From an uncultured Chloroflexia bacterium (GTDB lineage Bacteria > Chloroflexota > UBA6077 > JACCZL01), in assembly GCA_963765765.1 (NCBI GenBank), contig CAVXYC010000010.1, positions 96,001 to 160,000 on the forward strand: a stretch of DNA of 64,000 nucleotides. The letters are read 5' to 3'. The position numbers were made by a program, and so were the translations under genes. Shown piece by piece: positions 1 through 9,890 of this stretch; the stretch's first letter is position 1, and the number at the start of each line of letters is the position of its first letter. Under the pieces are notes generated by a model that worked only from the letters and a program-made list of their open reading frames with translations, was not told the origin of the DNA and made no database searches.

Positions 1-1
1 T

Positions 2-436
2 GACCTGACGCTGTTTCCGTCGTTGCGAATGAGCCGACTGTGCGTGCCGATCATGAAGGAGCGCGGTGGGGGTGTCATTCTCATGATTGCCTCGATTTTT
101 GGCCGCGAGTCGGGCGGCCGAGCAACGTACAACGCCGTCAAAGCCGCGGAGATAAGCCTTGCAAAGTCGATGGCGCGTGAGCTGGCCCCTGACAACATCC
201 GAGTAAACAGCGTTGCGCCAGGCTCCATTCTGTTTCCCGGAGGAAGCTGGGAGCGTCGCCAACAAGCCGACCCCGCCGCTATCCAGAAAATGATCGAAGA
301 CGACCTTCCGTTTGGCCGATTTGGCAGAGCCAACGAGGTAGGGGACGTGGTGGCATTTCTCGCGTCCACGCGGGCAAGCTGGATAGCCGGAGCCTCCGTT
401 ACCGTCGACGGCTGTCAGTCTCGCTCACTCATTTAG
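2..436 (+). CDS. SDR family oxidoreductase (5' end outside window)
   Basis: YNAVK (YxxxK) catalytic motif, 'IRVNSVAPG', 'PFGRFG', 'VDG' C-terminal SDR signature; frame open to the window edge. Confidence 0.9.
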   Translation, partial: DLTLFPSLRMSRLCVPIMKERGGGVILMIASIFGRESGGRATYNAVKAAEISLAKSMARELAPDNIRVNSVAPGSILFPGGSWERRQQADPAAIQKMIEDDLPFGRFGRANEVGDVVAFLASTRASWIAGASVTVDGCQSRSLI

Positions 437-445
437 GGGAACACT

Positions 446-1632
446 GTGGCAACCACCGTTACTGAAGTTATAGGCAACATCAATGACGAGCTAATCGGGA
501 TTCGACGTGATATTCATGCGCATCCGGAGCTTTCATTTGAAGAGCACCGCACCGCACAGATCATTGCTGATCGTCTCTCCGCGCTCGGGTGCGCGGTGCG
601 GACCGGTGTTGGGGGCACTGGCGTCGTCGGCCTGCTCAAGGGCGGCCGTCCTGGCAAAACGGTTGCGCTACGGGCGGATATCGATGCACTCCCGATTGTG
701 GAGATCAACGAGGGCGGCTATCGCTCGCAAACCGACGGTGTCATGCACGCGTGCGGGCACGATGGCCACGTTGCCGGACTTCTGGGGGCCGCGGAGGCGC
801 TTCACGCCGTGCGCGATTCGCTGACTGGAGATGTGCTGCTGCTCTTCCAGCCCGCCGAGGAGCGAGCCGGTGGGGCGAAGCCAATGATCGATGACGGCGC
901 CCTACAGGATCCTCGGCCAGATGCGGTATTCGGTGTCCACATATGGAACAATCTGCCCGCCGGCGTCATCGGCGTGAAACCGGGTCCGATCTTCGCAGCG
1001 GCTGACGAAGTGGAGATTACGATCAAGGCACCGGGAGGACACGGCGCGATGCCGCATCAGACTGTGGACCCAATAGTCGTTGCTGCTCAAGTGATCCAGG
1101 CGCTTCAGACGATGGTATCGCGCGAGACGTTCGCCCTTCGATTCCACCGTAGTGAGCATTTGCAGCGTCCACGGTGGAAGCGCATTCAACATCATTCCGC
1201 CTGAAGTCCGACTACTGGGAACGGTTCGAACCTTCGACGAGGAGATTCAGGCTCGCTTGAAACGTCGAATCGAAGAGATGGTTCATGGCATCACGCGATG
1301 GCGCGGGCGCCGACTACGCGTTTCGATACGATGCTCCATGTCCACCGGTTGTCAACGATGATGCTCTGGCCGGATTCATTCGCGATGTCGCCGAAGACGA
1401 GTTCGGAACTGACCGGGTTGTGACACCGCTTCCAACTACTGGGGGCGACGACATGTCATATTTCCTGAAGGAAGTGCCGGGCGTCTACTTCTTCGTAGGC
1501 GGATCCAATACTGACCGCGGATTGAGTTACCCGCATCACAATGCTCGGTTCGATTTCGACGAAATCGCGATTACGGCCACGGCCCGAGCTCTTGCTCGAG
1601 CCGCCCAGGAGTATCTCGCGCGGGCGACTTGA
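446..1632 (+). CDS. M20D family amidohydrolase, split by two frameshifts (~1140, ~1295)
   Basis: 'RRDIHAHPELSFEE', 'ALRADIDALP', 'MHACGHDGH', 'FQPAEE'; continues through ORFs 1152..1361 ('GGSAFNIIP') and 1285..1632 ('GGDDMS', 'HHNARFDFDE'). Confidence 0.88.
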
Positions 1633-1816
1633 GCTGCTGAAGCTTGAGGCATATTTCCTCGGGCGCGTCAGTCAACGATGTGCGGAAGAAGGGTTCTGAA
1701 GAGTTCATTGTCTGCTATCATTTGCATAGCATTGACGAGCATTTTACCCACCGAAACCATGGGAGCTGCCGCAGCCGGATGCGGTCGGACAGTTCACCCA
1801 CCCATCGCCAATCATC

Positions 1817-1850
1817 ACCGACGCTTCAGCCTGAAGCGTCGGTTCCTTTT
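1817..1850 (+). terminator. Intrinsic terminator / attenuator hairpin in the pyrG leader
   Basis: ACCGACGCTTCA-GCC-TGAAGCGTCGGT perfect 12-bp stem followed by TCCTTTT, about 50 nt before pyrG. Confidence 0.65.
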
Positions 1851-1901
1851 ATCCGAAATTTTTGAGTGCCGAGCGTGAGCAGGCCTCACCAGGGAGGGCG
1901 A

Positions 1902-3533
1902 TTGACGAAATATATTTTTGTGAGCGGCGGTGTGGTGTCGTCTGTTGGAAAGGGCATTACAGTCGCCTCACTGGGGCGGCTGCTCAAGAGCCGCGGAATC
2001 TCCGTATCCGTCGTCAAGCTCGACCCTTACCTGAACGTCGATCCTGGCACGATGAGTCCGTATCAGCATGGTGAGGTCTTCGTGACTGACGATGGGGCCG
2101 AGACAGACCTCGATCTGGGCCACTATGAGCGGTTCATCGACGCGAATCTCGGTAAGTCGAGCAATGTAACTACTGGTCAGATATACACGGGTGTGTTGGC
2201 CAAGGAGCGCAAAGGCGACTACCTGGGCGGCACGATCCAGGTCGTTCCGCACATCACAAACGAGATCAAGGACCACATCATCCACGTGGGTACCCAGGGT
2301 GGGGCTCAGGTCGTGATTGTGGAAGTGGGCGGCACGGTTGGCGACATCGAGTGTCAGCCGTTTCTCGAGGCTATTCGACAGATTCACCGTGAGCTTGGAC
2401 CAGGTCAGACGCTGTTCGTTCACGTCACGCTGCTGCCTTTTGTAGGGCCAACCCGTGAGCTTAAGACGAAGCCCACCCAGCACAGCGTTAAAGAGCTTCG
2501 AAGCATTGGCATCCAACCGGATGTCATCGTGGCTCGTTCGGACTACCCGGTCGACCAGGATCTCATCGACAAAATTGCACTTTTCTGTGACGTCGATCGA
2601 GAAGGTGTGGTTCCTCTAGAAACAGCGGACACCATTTACGCGGTGCCCATCGTTCTGAATCGCGCAGGTCTGGACGACTTCGTGGTTCGGAGATTGGAGC
2701 TGCCTGCGGGGACCGCCGATCTGGCGGAATGGCGGGACCTCGTAATTAAAGCCCGCGGCGGCAGCCGCACACTGCGAATTGGCGTGGTGGGCAAGTACAT
2801 CGATCTCGAGGACGCCTACATTAGCGTGCGCGAAGCACTCAATCACGCCGCGTGGTTCCATGACTGTCGACTGGACATTCGTTGGATCCACTCGGAGCTA
2901 CTCGAGAAAGATCCTGAAGCAAGTGCGTTGGATGGACTCGACGGCATTGTGGTTCCTGGCGGGTTTGGCTATCGGGGCGTTGAAGGGAAGATCAGGGCAG
3001 CCCGTTACGCACGCGAGCGCGGAGTCCCGTATCTTGGCTTGTGTCTTGGGATGCAGGTGATGGTCATCGAGCTGGCTCGTACCGTAGTGGATTCTGACCT
3101 GCCCAATAGCACCGAGTTCGACAAGGTGACACCATATCCTGTCATTGACTTGATGGCTGAACAGCGTGACGTCTCAGACAAGGGTGGGACCATGCGCCTG
3201 GGCGTTTACCCTTGCCATTTGACTGCGGGAACCCGAGCTGGGAGCGCCTACGACCTGGAGGTCGTGGACGAACGGCATCGCCATCGATTCGAGCTCAACA
3301 ACGAGTTTCGAGAGATGCTCGAAAACGCGGGCATGGTCTTCAGTGGCGAATATCTGGAGCGGAATCTCGTAGAGATCGCCGAGATTAGCGGTCATCCGTG
3401 GATGGTAGGAACGCAGTTTCATCCAGAGTTCAAGTCACGGCCAAACCGTCCGCATCCGCTGTTTCGAGACTTCGTCGGCGCTTGCGTCCGACAGCTAAGC
3501 GATGTCCGGGATGACGCTGCGGCGAGGGTTTAG
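1902..3533 (+). CDS. pyrG: CTP synthase
   Basis: 'TKYIFVSGGVVSSVGKG', 'KLDPYLNVDPGTMSPYQHGEV', 'GLCLGMQ', 'ERHRHRFE', 'QFHPEF'; TTG start after GGAGG. Confidence 0.98.
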   Translation: MTKYIFVSGGVVSSVGKGITVASLGRLLKSRGISVSVVKLDPYLNVDPGTMSPYQHGEVFVTDDGAETDLDLGHYERFIDANLGKSSNVTTGQIYTGVLAKERKGDYLGGTIQVVPHITNEIKDHIIHVGTQGGAQVVIVEVGGTVGDIECQPFLEAIRQIHRELGPGQTLFVHVTLLPFVGPTRELKTKPTQHSVKELRSIGIQPDVIVARSDYPVDQDLIDKIALFCDVDREGVVPLETADTIYAVPIVLNRAGLDDFVVRRLELPAGTADLAEWRDLVIKARGGSRTLRIGVVGKYIDLEDAYISVREALNHAAWFHDCRLDIRWIHSELLEKDPEASALDGLDGIVVPGGFGYRGVEGKIRAARYARERGVPYLGLCLGMQVMVIELARTVVDSDLPNSTEFDKVTPYPVIDLMAEQRDVSDKGGTMRLGVYPCHLTAGTRAGSAYDLEVVDERHRHRFELNNEFREMLENAGMVFSGEYLERNLVEIAEISGHPWMVGTQFHPEFKSRPNRPHPLFRDFVGACVRQLSDVRDDAAARV

Positions 3534-3714
3534 GTCAGGTAACCGCGAGTTGGGGTGCGACTGGTTTTGTCAACTTGGTGGGGCGCCAACAAGCCGCTGT
3601 AACTTGAGCGATGGCTGCGTGAGACGGTAGAGTAGTCGCGTAAATGAGTCGGAGTCCGATCAATTAGTCAACGCGCACAGGTTAGTCGGGACATTGTCAG
3701 AGGAGTCGTAAGAG

Positions 3715-4173
3715 ATGGCTCTAGATGTTGGAGCACAGGCCCCAGATTTCACCTTGCCGGCGCACACCGGCGAGGATGTATCGCTCAGTGGCCTTCGGGG
3801 AAAGAAGGTCATTATCTTCTTTTTTCCGCGTGATTTCACCGCTGGTTGAACGAATGAAGTGACCGTCTTTACGACGGTAAGCGACAAGGTACATGCCGAA
3901 GGTGGCGAGATCCTTGGTATTAGTGTGGATCACGTCCCCAGTCACAAAGCCTGGGCGGAGAACCTGGGCGGTGTGCCGTTCCCCCTCGTTGCGGATTGGT
4001 TCCAGAACACCGCATCGGATTACGGCGTCCAGGACCCAGAGCGACGGGTGGCAAAGCGGGTAACGTACGTTCTCGATCGCGATGGCGTTGTCCGATTTGT
4101 GAATCCCGCGATGGATCCGCGAAGTCAGGATCATTACGACGCAATCATGAAGGCGTTCGACGATATCGAATAG
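3715..4173 (+). CDS. Peroxiredoxin (BCP/AhpE-like), probable selenoprotein; in-frame TGA at 3847-3849
   Basis: ATG 3715 after GAGGAG; reads MALDVGAQAPDFTL...FFPRDFTAG*TNE...GISVD...FPLVAD...RVTYVLDRDGVVR; TGA sits exactly at the peroxidatic Cys of PxxxTxxC and both halves are in one frame. Confidence 0.85.
3862..3878 (+). promoter_or_regulatory. Candidate bacterial SECIS hairpin
   Basis: ACCGTC-TTTAC-GACGGT perfect 6-bp stem starting 12 nt after the in-frame TGA. Confidence 0.5.
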
Positions 4174-4193
4174 CCCTACCCGCTGAGCTTTTG

Positions 4194-4235
4194 TGAACGA
4201 GATCCGCTCAAAGACGAGCGGATCTCTCTCGTTCA
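4194..4235 (+). terminator. Hairpin downstream of the peroxiredoxin
   Basis: GAGATCCGCTC-AAAGAC-GAGCGGATCTC 11-bp stem, extendable by TGAAC/GTTCA. Confidence 0.5.
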
Positions 4236-4283
4236 GGTGCTACACATGTGTGTTTGGGACGACTCGATATAATCGAGGCACCC

Positions 4284-5387
4284 ATGTTGCGAATCTCCAG
4301 CACGCCATCTGAGCATGACTATGTCACGGTGCTCGCCGGGGGTAGTGGTACCCGTCTCTGGCCATTGAGCCGCTCGGCTCGTCCGAAACAGCTTCTTCCG
4401 CTGACCGGTGAGCGCTCCCTCATTCAAGACACGTTGAAGCGTCTTCGAATCGTCGTTCCGCCCGAGCGAACGCTCATTCTTACCGAGGCGTCCCACTCGG
4501 ATGAACTTCGAGAACATGCTTCGGAGATCCCGTCGGAGAACATCGTTGTAGAGCCCGCGCGTCGCGGTACGGCGGGGGCGCTCGCGCTGGGTGCATCGAT
4601 CATCCAGCGCCGCGACCCATTGGCTGTGATGGCGTCGGTCCATTCGGACGCTTACATTGCCGACGATCAAAAGTTCGCGGATACGCTCCTTGCAGCGTTG
4701 CGTGCGGCAGAGGCCAGTGAGACGCTGGTCACCCTGGGTATCCGCCCCTCCAGTCCATCGAGCCAGCTCGGGTACATTCAAGCGGCTGAGAAGCTGGGTG
4801 ATGTAGGGGCATTTGAGCTGCATCGCGTGGAGGAGTTCAAAGAAAAGCCGAACGTGGAGACCGCGAGGGAATATCTCGCAGCCGGGAACTACTATTGGAA
4901 TCCCGGCGTGTTCGTTTGGCTTACTCGAGTGATTCTCGAGGAATTTGGCATCCTGCAGCCGGGGATCGCCGATGTCCTTGGTAAGATCGATCCCGACCTC
5001 GGGACAAGTCGGCAAGCCTCCAGCCTTGGGAAGCTCTATCCAGAGGTCCCGTCAGTATCGATCGACAATGGGATCATGGAGCTCTCTAAGCGCGTCTCGG
5101 TCATCCCTGCAACCTTCGGCTGGGCGGACATTGGAAGCTGGTCAGAGCTCTACGACATCCTTGAAAAGGATGTGGACGGAAACGTGAGCGTGGGAAACCA
5201 TGTGCTCCTAGACTCAAAGAACGTCCTGGCCTTCTCGCACGGTCGCACAATTGCAACGGTCGGCTTGGATGATTTAGTCATCGTCGATACGGGGGATGCC
5301 ATCTTCGTGGCAAAGCGCAATCGCGCCGCTGAGTCGCGGCGCATCGTCGAAGTACTGCAGACGCAGGAGCGACACGAGCTTCTCTAG
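4284..5387 (+). CDS. manC: Mannose-1-phosphate guanylyltransferase (no PMI domain)
   Basis: 'LAGGSGTRLWPLSR...PKQLL', 'EPARRGTA', 'FKEKP', 'WNPGVF', 'WADIGSW'. Confidence 0.92.
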   Translation: MLRISSTPSEHDYVTVLAGGSGTRLWPLSRSARPKQLLPLTGERSLIQDTLKRLRIVVPPERTLILTEASHSDELREHASEIPSENIVVEPARRGTAGALALGASIIQRRDPLAVMASVHSDAYIADDQKFADTLLAALRAAEASETLVTLGIRPSSPSSQLGYIQAAEKLGDVGAFELHRVEEFKEKPNVETAREYLAAGNYYWNPGVFVWLTRVILEEFGILQPGIADVLGKIDPDLGTSRQASSLGKLYPEVPSVSIDNGIMELSKRVSVIPATFGWADIGSWSELYDILEKDVDGNVSVGNHVLLDSKNVLAFSHGRTIATVGLDDLVIVDTGDAIFVAKRNRAAESRRIVEVLQTQERHELL

Positions 5388-5461
5388 CGATTCTTGAGCT
5401 GACGACCGCTACGGGCAACATCAAAGAGTTAGAAGTCTTTGGCCAGGACGCCTTTACTTCC

Positions 5462-6427
5462 CTACCTCGTGGCACTTACCGGCCGAAACGTCATTCGTCT
5501 CCACAACTGCCCAATCTCGCCCTTTTCCCACGAGACGAGCAGTAAGCTGGCGTTAAAGATCGACGAATACGTACCGGCCGCCATACCTATGATGAGTGCC
5601 ATCACGAAGCTCTGAATCGTTACCCCGCCAAAGAGGCGAAGTGTAATGAGCGTCAAAAGCACGGTAATGGATGTGTTGATCGAGCGCGCCATGGTCTGCA
5701 TCAGGCTGTGATTGACAATACTGTCAAACGATTCGCCTTGATGTCTGATGATGTTCTCCCGTACCCGGTCAAATACTACGATGGTGTCGTGAACTGAGAA
5801 ACCGATCACAGTCAATACGGCTGTGATGAAGAGCGCATCGAGCTCCACATTGAAAAATCGACCGAGAATTGAGAAGACGCCTAATACCAGCAGCGCGTCG
5901 TGGACGAGCGCGAAAACGGCGCATGCCCCGTATCGCCACGATTGGGGCACTTTTCTGAAAGCCCACCAGAGGTAGAGCAGAATCCCAATGCAGGCCGCGG
6001 CAACCGCGAACAAGGAATGGCGAACGATTTCCTGGGCAATGAGGGGCGAGACAAAGTCAAACCCACGCACGTCTACAGAGCCAAACCTATCGGTGAACGC
6101 CTGGACCATCGTTTCACGCTCCGTGAGGCGTGCGCGATCATCCGCGGATTCGGTCGTCACGTTCTCAAACGGTCGAGTGCGTACGAGAAAGTCTCCCTCG
6201 CTGGTGCGCTGGATGACCGCCTCTGGATGGCCGATGTCCGCGAATGCCTGACGTAGGGCGCCCTGGTCGACTTCAGGAGGTAACCGAAGCGTCATGATGG
6301 TGCCACTCGTGAAATCGATACCCGGATGGAGTCCTCCGGGTAAGACGAGCGAGATGACTCCTGGGAGAATCAATAGGAGAGAGATGAGATAGAAGACCTT
6401 GCGGTGTGCGACGAAGTTAAAGTTCAC
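5462..6427 (-). CDS. secF: Protein translocase subunit SecF
   Basis: 'GIDFTSG', 'ALVHD', 'IGFSVHDTIVVFDRVRE', 'GTYSSIFNA'. Confidence 0.96.
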   Translation of the reverse strand: MNFNFVAHRKVFYLISLLLILPGVISLVLPGGLHPGIDFTSGTIMTLRLPPEVDQGALRQAFADIGHPEAVIQRTSEGDFLVRTRPFENVTTESADDRARLTERETMVQAFTDRFGSVDVRGFDFVSPLIAQEIVRHSLFAVAAACIGILLYLWWAFRKVPQSWRYGACAVFALVHDALLVLGVFSILGRFFNVELDALFITAVLTVIGFSVHDTIVVFDRVRENIIRHQGESFDSIVNHSLMQTMARSINTSITVLLTLITLRLFGGVTIQSFVMALIIGMAAGTYSSIFNASLLLVSWEKGEIGQLWRRMTFRPVSATR

Positions 6428-7836
6428 GCTCGACCTCCGGCGACGCCTGGGATGGCCGGGCGTTGCTGTTCAGGACGATCGTGAAGCTCAATGCCAAAGA
6501 GCGTCGGGTTTTCGGTCCACGATTGACCGATAGCAGTACGAAGCAAGCTTCTCGTGACCACGATCGCTGAAAACATGCTTACCATCACACCGATCGCCAG
6601 CGTAAAGGCAAATCCCATGACAAGGCTAGCGCCAAAATTTGATCCGAACCAATAGAGAAGACCGCAAGTGATGAGCGTCGAGACGTTCGAGTCGCGGATT
6701 GATGACCAGGCGCGATCGAATCCGGCCTCGATAGCCCCTCCTACTGAACGGCCCCAGCGTATTTCTTCACGCATGCGCTCAAAGATGAGAATGTTCGCGT
6801 CCACCGCCATACCAATCGAGAGAATGAAACCGGCGATGCCCGCGAGGGTCAAGGTGACCGGAATGAGCTTAAAGATCGCCAGCGTGATCAAGGTATAGAC
6901 GAGCAGAGCGCCCGTGGCCATCAAGCCCGGTAGTCGGTAGTACAGCACCATGTAGAGTGCTACGACGCCGAGGGCGATCTCTCCCGCGACGATCGAGCGC
7001 CGTACAGAGTCAGCGCCGAGCGTCGCGTCGACGCTGCGTTCCTGCTCGATGCTGATCGGTACAGGCAATGCACCTGCGTTCATCTGGATAGCCAGCGTTT
7101 TCGCTTCGCTCAAATCCACGCCCGTAATCACGCCGTTTCGGCTGATGACCTGCTGGACGGTTGGCGCGGAGACGAGCTGACCATCCAGGAAGATTCCGAG
7201 TGGTCGACCGATCAGCCGCGAGGTGAGCTGCTCGAAGAGCCGCGAGCCCTCGTCGTCAAACTCGAATGCCACCTGTGGCCGGTTCGTGCGCTGATCGAAC
7301 ACGACCTGCGCGTTCGGCCTGAAGTATTTTCCCGTGAGCTCCTTCTCTGTACCGTCGAACCCCGTTCCCGTGGCAATCTTCCAGTTGTTGCTACCGGGTG
7401 GGTCCTGCTCTCGGAAATCGAGCTGAGCCGTTTGCCCAATGAGCCGTTTCGCCTCCTCGATATCGCGCACGCCAGGAAGCTCAACGATCACGCGATCATT
7501 CCCCTGAATCTGAATGACCGGCTCTGCTACACCGTACGCGTTGACGCGCCGCTCTATCACTTGGACGACACCGCCAAGAGCATTAGCTCGATCGCCTTCA
7601 TCGACTTTTGAGAGGTCCGAGAGAAGCACGAGCTGCGTGCCGCCTTGAAGATCGAGGCCCAGACGAGCGCCCTGTCGATCAAACGACTGCTGTCCGAAGC
7701 GTAGGTGAATACCTGGATTCCCGGGCAATGCATCGCCGCCAGGTATGTAGTGGCCGGGATTCTGCGGCCAGCTCACCCAGCCTGCGCAGATCGTGACGAG
7801 CGCAATGAGAAGAAGCGTCCAGCGGTGGCGATTCAA
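6424..7836 (-). CDS. secD: Protein translocase subunit SecD
   Basis: 'LGLDLQGG', 'RVNAYGVAEP', 'AGALP', 'IGMAVDANILIFERMREE'. Confidence 0.97.
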   Translation of the reverse strand: MNRHRWTLLLIALVTICAGWVSWPQNPGHYIPGGDALPGNPGIHLRFGQQSFDRQGARLGLDLQGGTQLVLLSDLSKVDEGDRANALGGVVQVIERRVNAYGVAEPVIQIQGNDRVIVELPGVRDIEEAKRLIGQTAQLDFREQDPPGSNNWKIATGTGFDGTEKELTGKYFRPNAQVVFDQRTNRPQVAFEFDDEGSRLFEQLTSRLIGRPLGIFLDGQLVSAPTVQQVISRNGVITGVDLSEAKTLAIQMNAGALPVPISIEQERSVDATLGADSVRRSIVAGEIALGVVALYMVLYYRLPGLMATGALLVYTLITLAIFKLIPVTLTLAGIAGFILSIGMAVDANILIFERMREEIRWGRSVGGAIEAGFDRAWSSIRDSNVSTLITCGLLYWFGSNFGASLVMGFAFTLAIGVMVSMFSAIVVTRSLLRTAIGQSWTENPTLFGIELHDRPEQQRPAIPGVAGGRA

Positions 7837-7929
7837 TCTGCCAACTCCGAGTCGAGGCTAACTTGTGAATTCTATACCTTGGCCGCTCGTGCCACCTCAA
7901 TTTTCACGTCCGTGCTGCTAGGGAGAGGA

Positions 7930-8937
7930 CTACCGTGACGGTTTCGTCCATGGATCAAGGGCGTCGCGGAGTCCATCGCCGAGGAAGTTGTATGCCAGCA
8001 CGGTCAGTGATAGCGCCGCGGCCGGAAACACGATGAGATGGGGTGACGCACGAAGCGCCTTGTAGCCTTCGAGCAGCATCACGCCCCAGCTGGTCATCGG
8101 CGCTTGAACTCCCAGGCCGATAAATGAAAGCGACGCCTCCACGATGATCGCCCTTGGAATTCCGAATGTCGCGGCAACGACGATCACTCCGACGGTATTG
8201 GGTATCAGGTGTCGCATGAGAATGGATCGTGGGCTCGCGCCGCTCGCGCGAGCGGCGTGAATGAACTCTCGTTCGCGAAGCGCCAGAACCTGGCCCCGAA
8301 CCAGGCGGGCGACGGTGAGCCATGAGACCAATGCCAGCGCTACGAAGACTCCCAGAAGCCCCCCAAACGCACTGTCGACGCTGGCGAGTACGCCCATGAG
8401 GCCACTCGCGCGTGGATCGCGAAACGCGGCTCGCATAGAGGCCATGACGATGATCACTATCAGCAGGTCCGGAAAGCTGTACATCACGTCGATTGTGCGC
8501 ATGAGCGCCTGATCGACCCGTCCGCCGAAATAGCCAGCGATGGCCCCAATGGGCACGCCAATGATCAAAATGATCAGCTGCGTCACTATGCCGACACTCA
8601 GTGAGATGCGAGCACCCTGCAGGAGCCGGCTGAACAGGTCACGCCCAAGCTGATCCGTGCCCATCCAGTGCTCCGAGCTCGGTGGCTCATACGCCCTCGT
8701 GGAGTCTTGAAGAGTAAATGGAATGGGCGCCACCCAATCTGCGAAGAAGGCGGAGAGGCCCACAAGCACGATAAAGGCGAGTCCCAGCATGGCCATGCGG
8801 TGATCTTTGAGCCGCAGCCAGGTATCTTGCCAGGGAGAACGAACCTGGTGGGTTAGTGGCAGGCTCCCGTCCACGACCAATACCGAGGTCTCGTCCTGAA
8901 CAGGAAACGTCGCTTCCAGGGGCTTAGGATGCGCCAC
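7930..8937 (-). CDS. oppC: Oligopeptide ABC transporter permease (OppC-like)
   Basis: 'HWMGTDQLGRD', EAA loop, 'EASLSFIGLG', 'FLGDGLRDALDP'. Confidence 0.9.
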   Translation of the reverse strand: MAHPKPLEATFPVQDETSVLVVDGSLPLTHQVRSPWQDTWLRLKDHRMAMLGLAFIVLVGLSAFFADWVAPIPFTLQDSTRAYEPPSSEHWMGTDQLGRDLFSRLLQGARISLSVGIVTQLIILIIGVPIGAIAGYFGGRVDQALMRTIDVMYSFPDLLIVIIVMASMRAAFRDPRASGLMGVLASVDSAFGGLLGVFVALALVSWLTVARLVRGQVLALREREFIHAARASGASPRSILMRHLIPNTVGVIVVAATFGIPRAIIVEASLSFIGLGVQAPMTSWGVMLLEGYKALRASPHLIVFPAAALSLTVLAYNFLGDGLRDALDPWTKPSR

Positions 8938-9857
8938 TAGTTGTATCGAATCCTGGGATCAATTGCGGCGTAGACGAGATCCACGATGAGATTAGCAATC
9001 GCAACAATGCCGGCCAGTAGGAGGGTCACGCCCATCAGCACTGGATAATCGCGATCCGTCACACTCGTCACGAAGTAGCGACCAAGGCCCGGTACTGCAA
9101 AGACCGTCTCGACATAAAAGGAGCCGACAATGATCTCGGCCGTGATAACGCCCCCGATAGTCACTACTGGAATGAGCGCGTTTCGGAGAGCGTGGCGAAT
9201 CACGATGATTGATTCACGGAGTCCCTTGGCCCGCGCAGTTCGGACATAGTCTGCGTGCGTCACGTCCAGCAGCGCCGACCGAGTGTAGCGCGCGAAGAGT
9301 GCCAATGGCGCGAGGCTGAGCGTGAGTGCCGGTAGGACGTAATGCCGCCAGGTGTCCGCACCGCTCGTCGGTAGCCACCCCAGCCACAGTGCACAGGTCC
9401 AAATCAGGAGCGGTCCGACGATGAAAGACGGGATGGAATAGCCCACGATGGCGAGGAATGAAGCCAGGTGATCCAGCGCCGTGTTGGGACGTAGTGCGGA
9501 CACGATCCCTAGCGGAATACCAATCACTACGGCCAGCCCAACCGCGGCAATGCCGAGCGTTGCGGATGTCGGGAAGAAGTCGCCAATGATGTCAGTGACG
9601 GTCCTCGAGACGCGCTTGTAGGACGGACCGAAGTCGAGTCGTGTCACCACGCCCACGAGGTAGTCGACGTATTGCTGCCAGATCGGACGATCCAACCCGT
9701 ACTTCCGATTGAGGTTCTCCACCACCTCGCGCGGCACCGGCCGCTCGCGGTCCCACGGCCCACCGGGTGTGAGCTGGAAGAGAATGAACGTCAGCGTGTA
9801 GACCGCGAGCAGGACGGGGAAGACCGCTAACACTCTCCGCACCGCGTAGTGGCTCAT
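8937..9857 (-). CDS. oppB: Oligopeptide ABC transporter permease (OppB-like)
   Basis: 'TPGGPW', 'YGLDRP', 'DYVRTARAKGL', 'RDYPVLMG', 'DPRIR'. Confidence 0.9.
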   Translation of the reverse strand: MSHYAVRRVLAVFPVLLAVYTLTFILFQLTPGGPWDRERPVPREVVENLNRKYGLDRPIWQQYVDYLVGVVTRLDFGPSYKRVSRTVTDIIGDFFPTSATLGIAAVGLAVVIGIPLGIVSALRPNTALDHLASFLAIVGYSIPSFIVGPLLIWTCALWLGWLPTSGADTWRHYVLPALTLSLAPLALFARYTRSALLDVTHADYVRTARAKGLRESIIVIRHALRNALIPVVTIGGVITAEIIVGSFYVETVFAVPGLGRYFVTSVTDRDYPVLMGVTLLLAGIVAIANLIVDLVYAAIDPRIRYN

Positions 9858-9890
9858 AAGCGCGCGCCCCGGGCCGGAATAAAAGGACGG

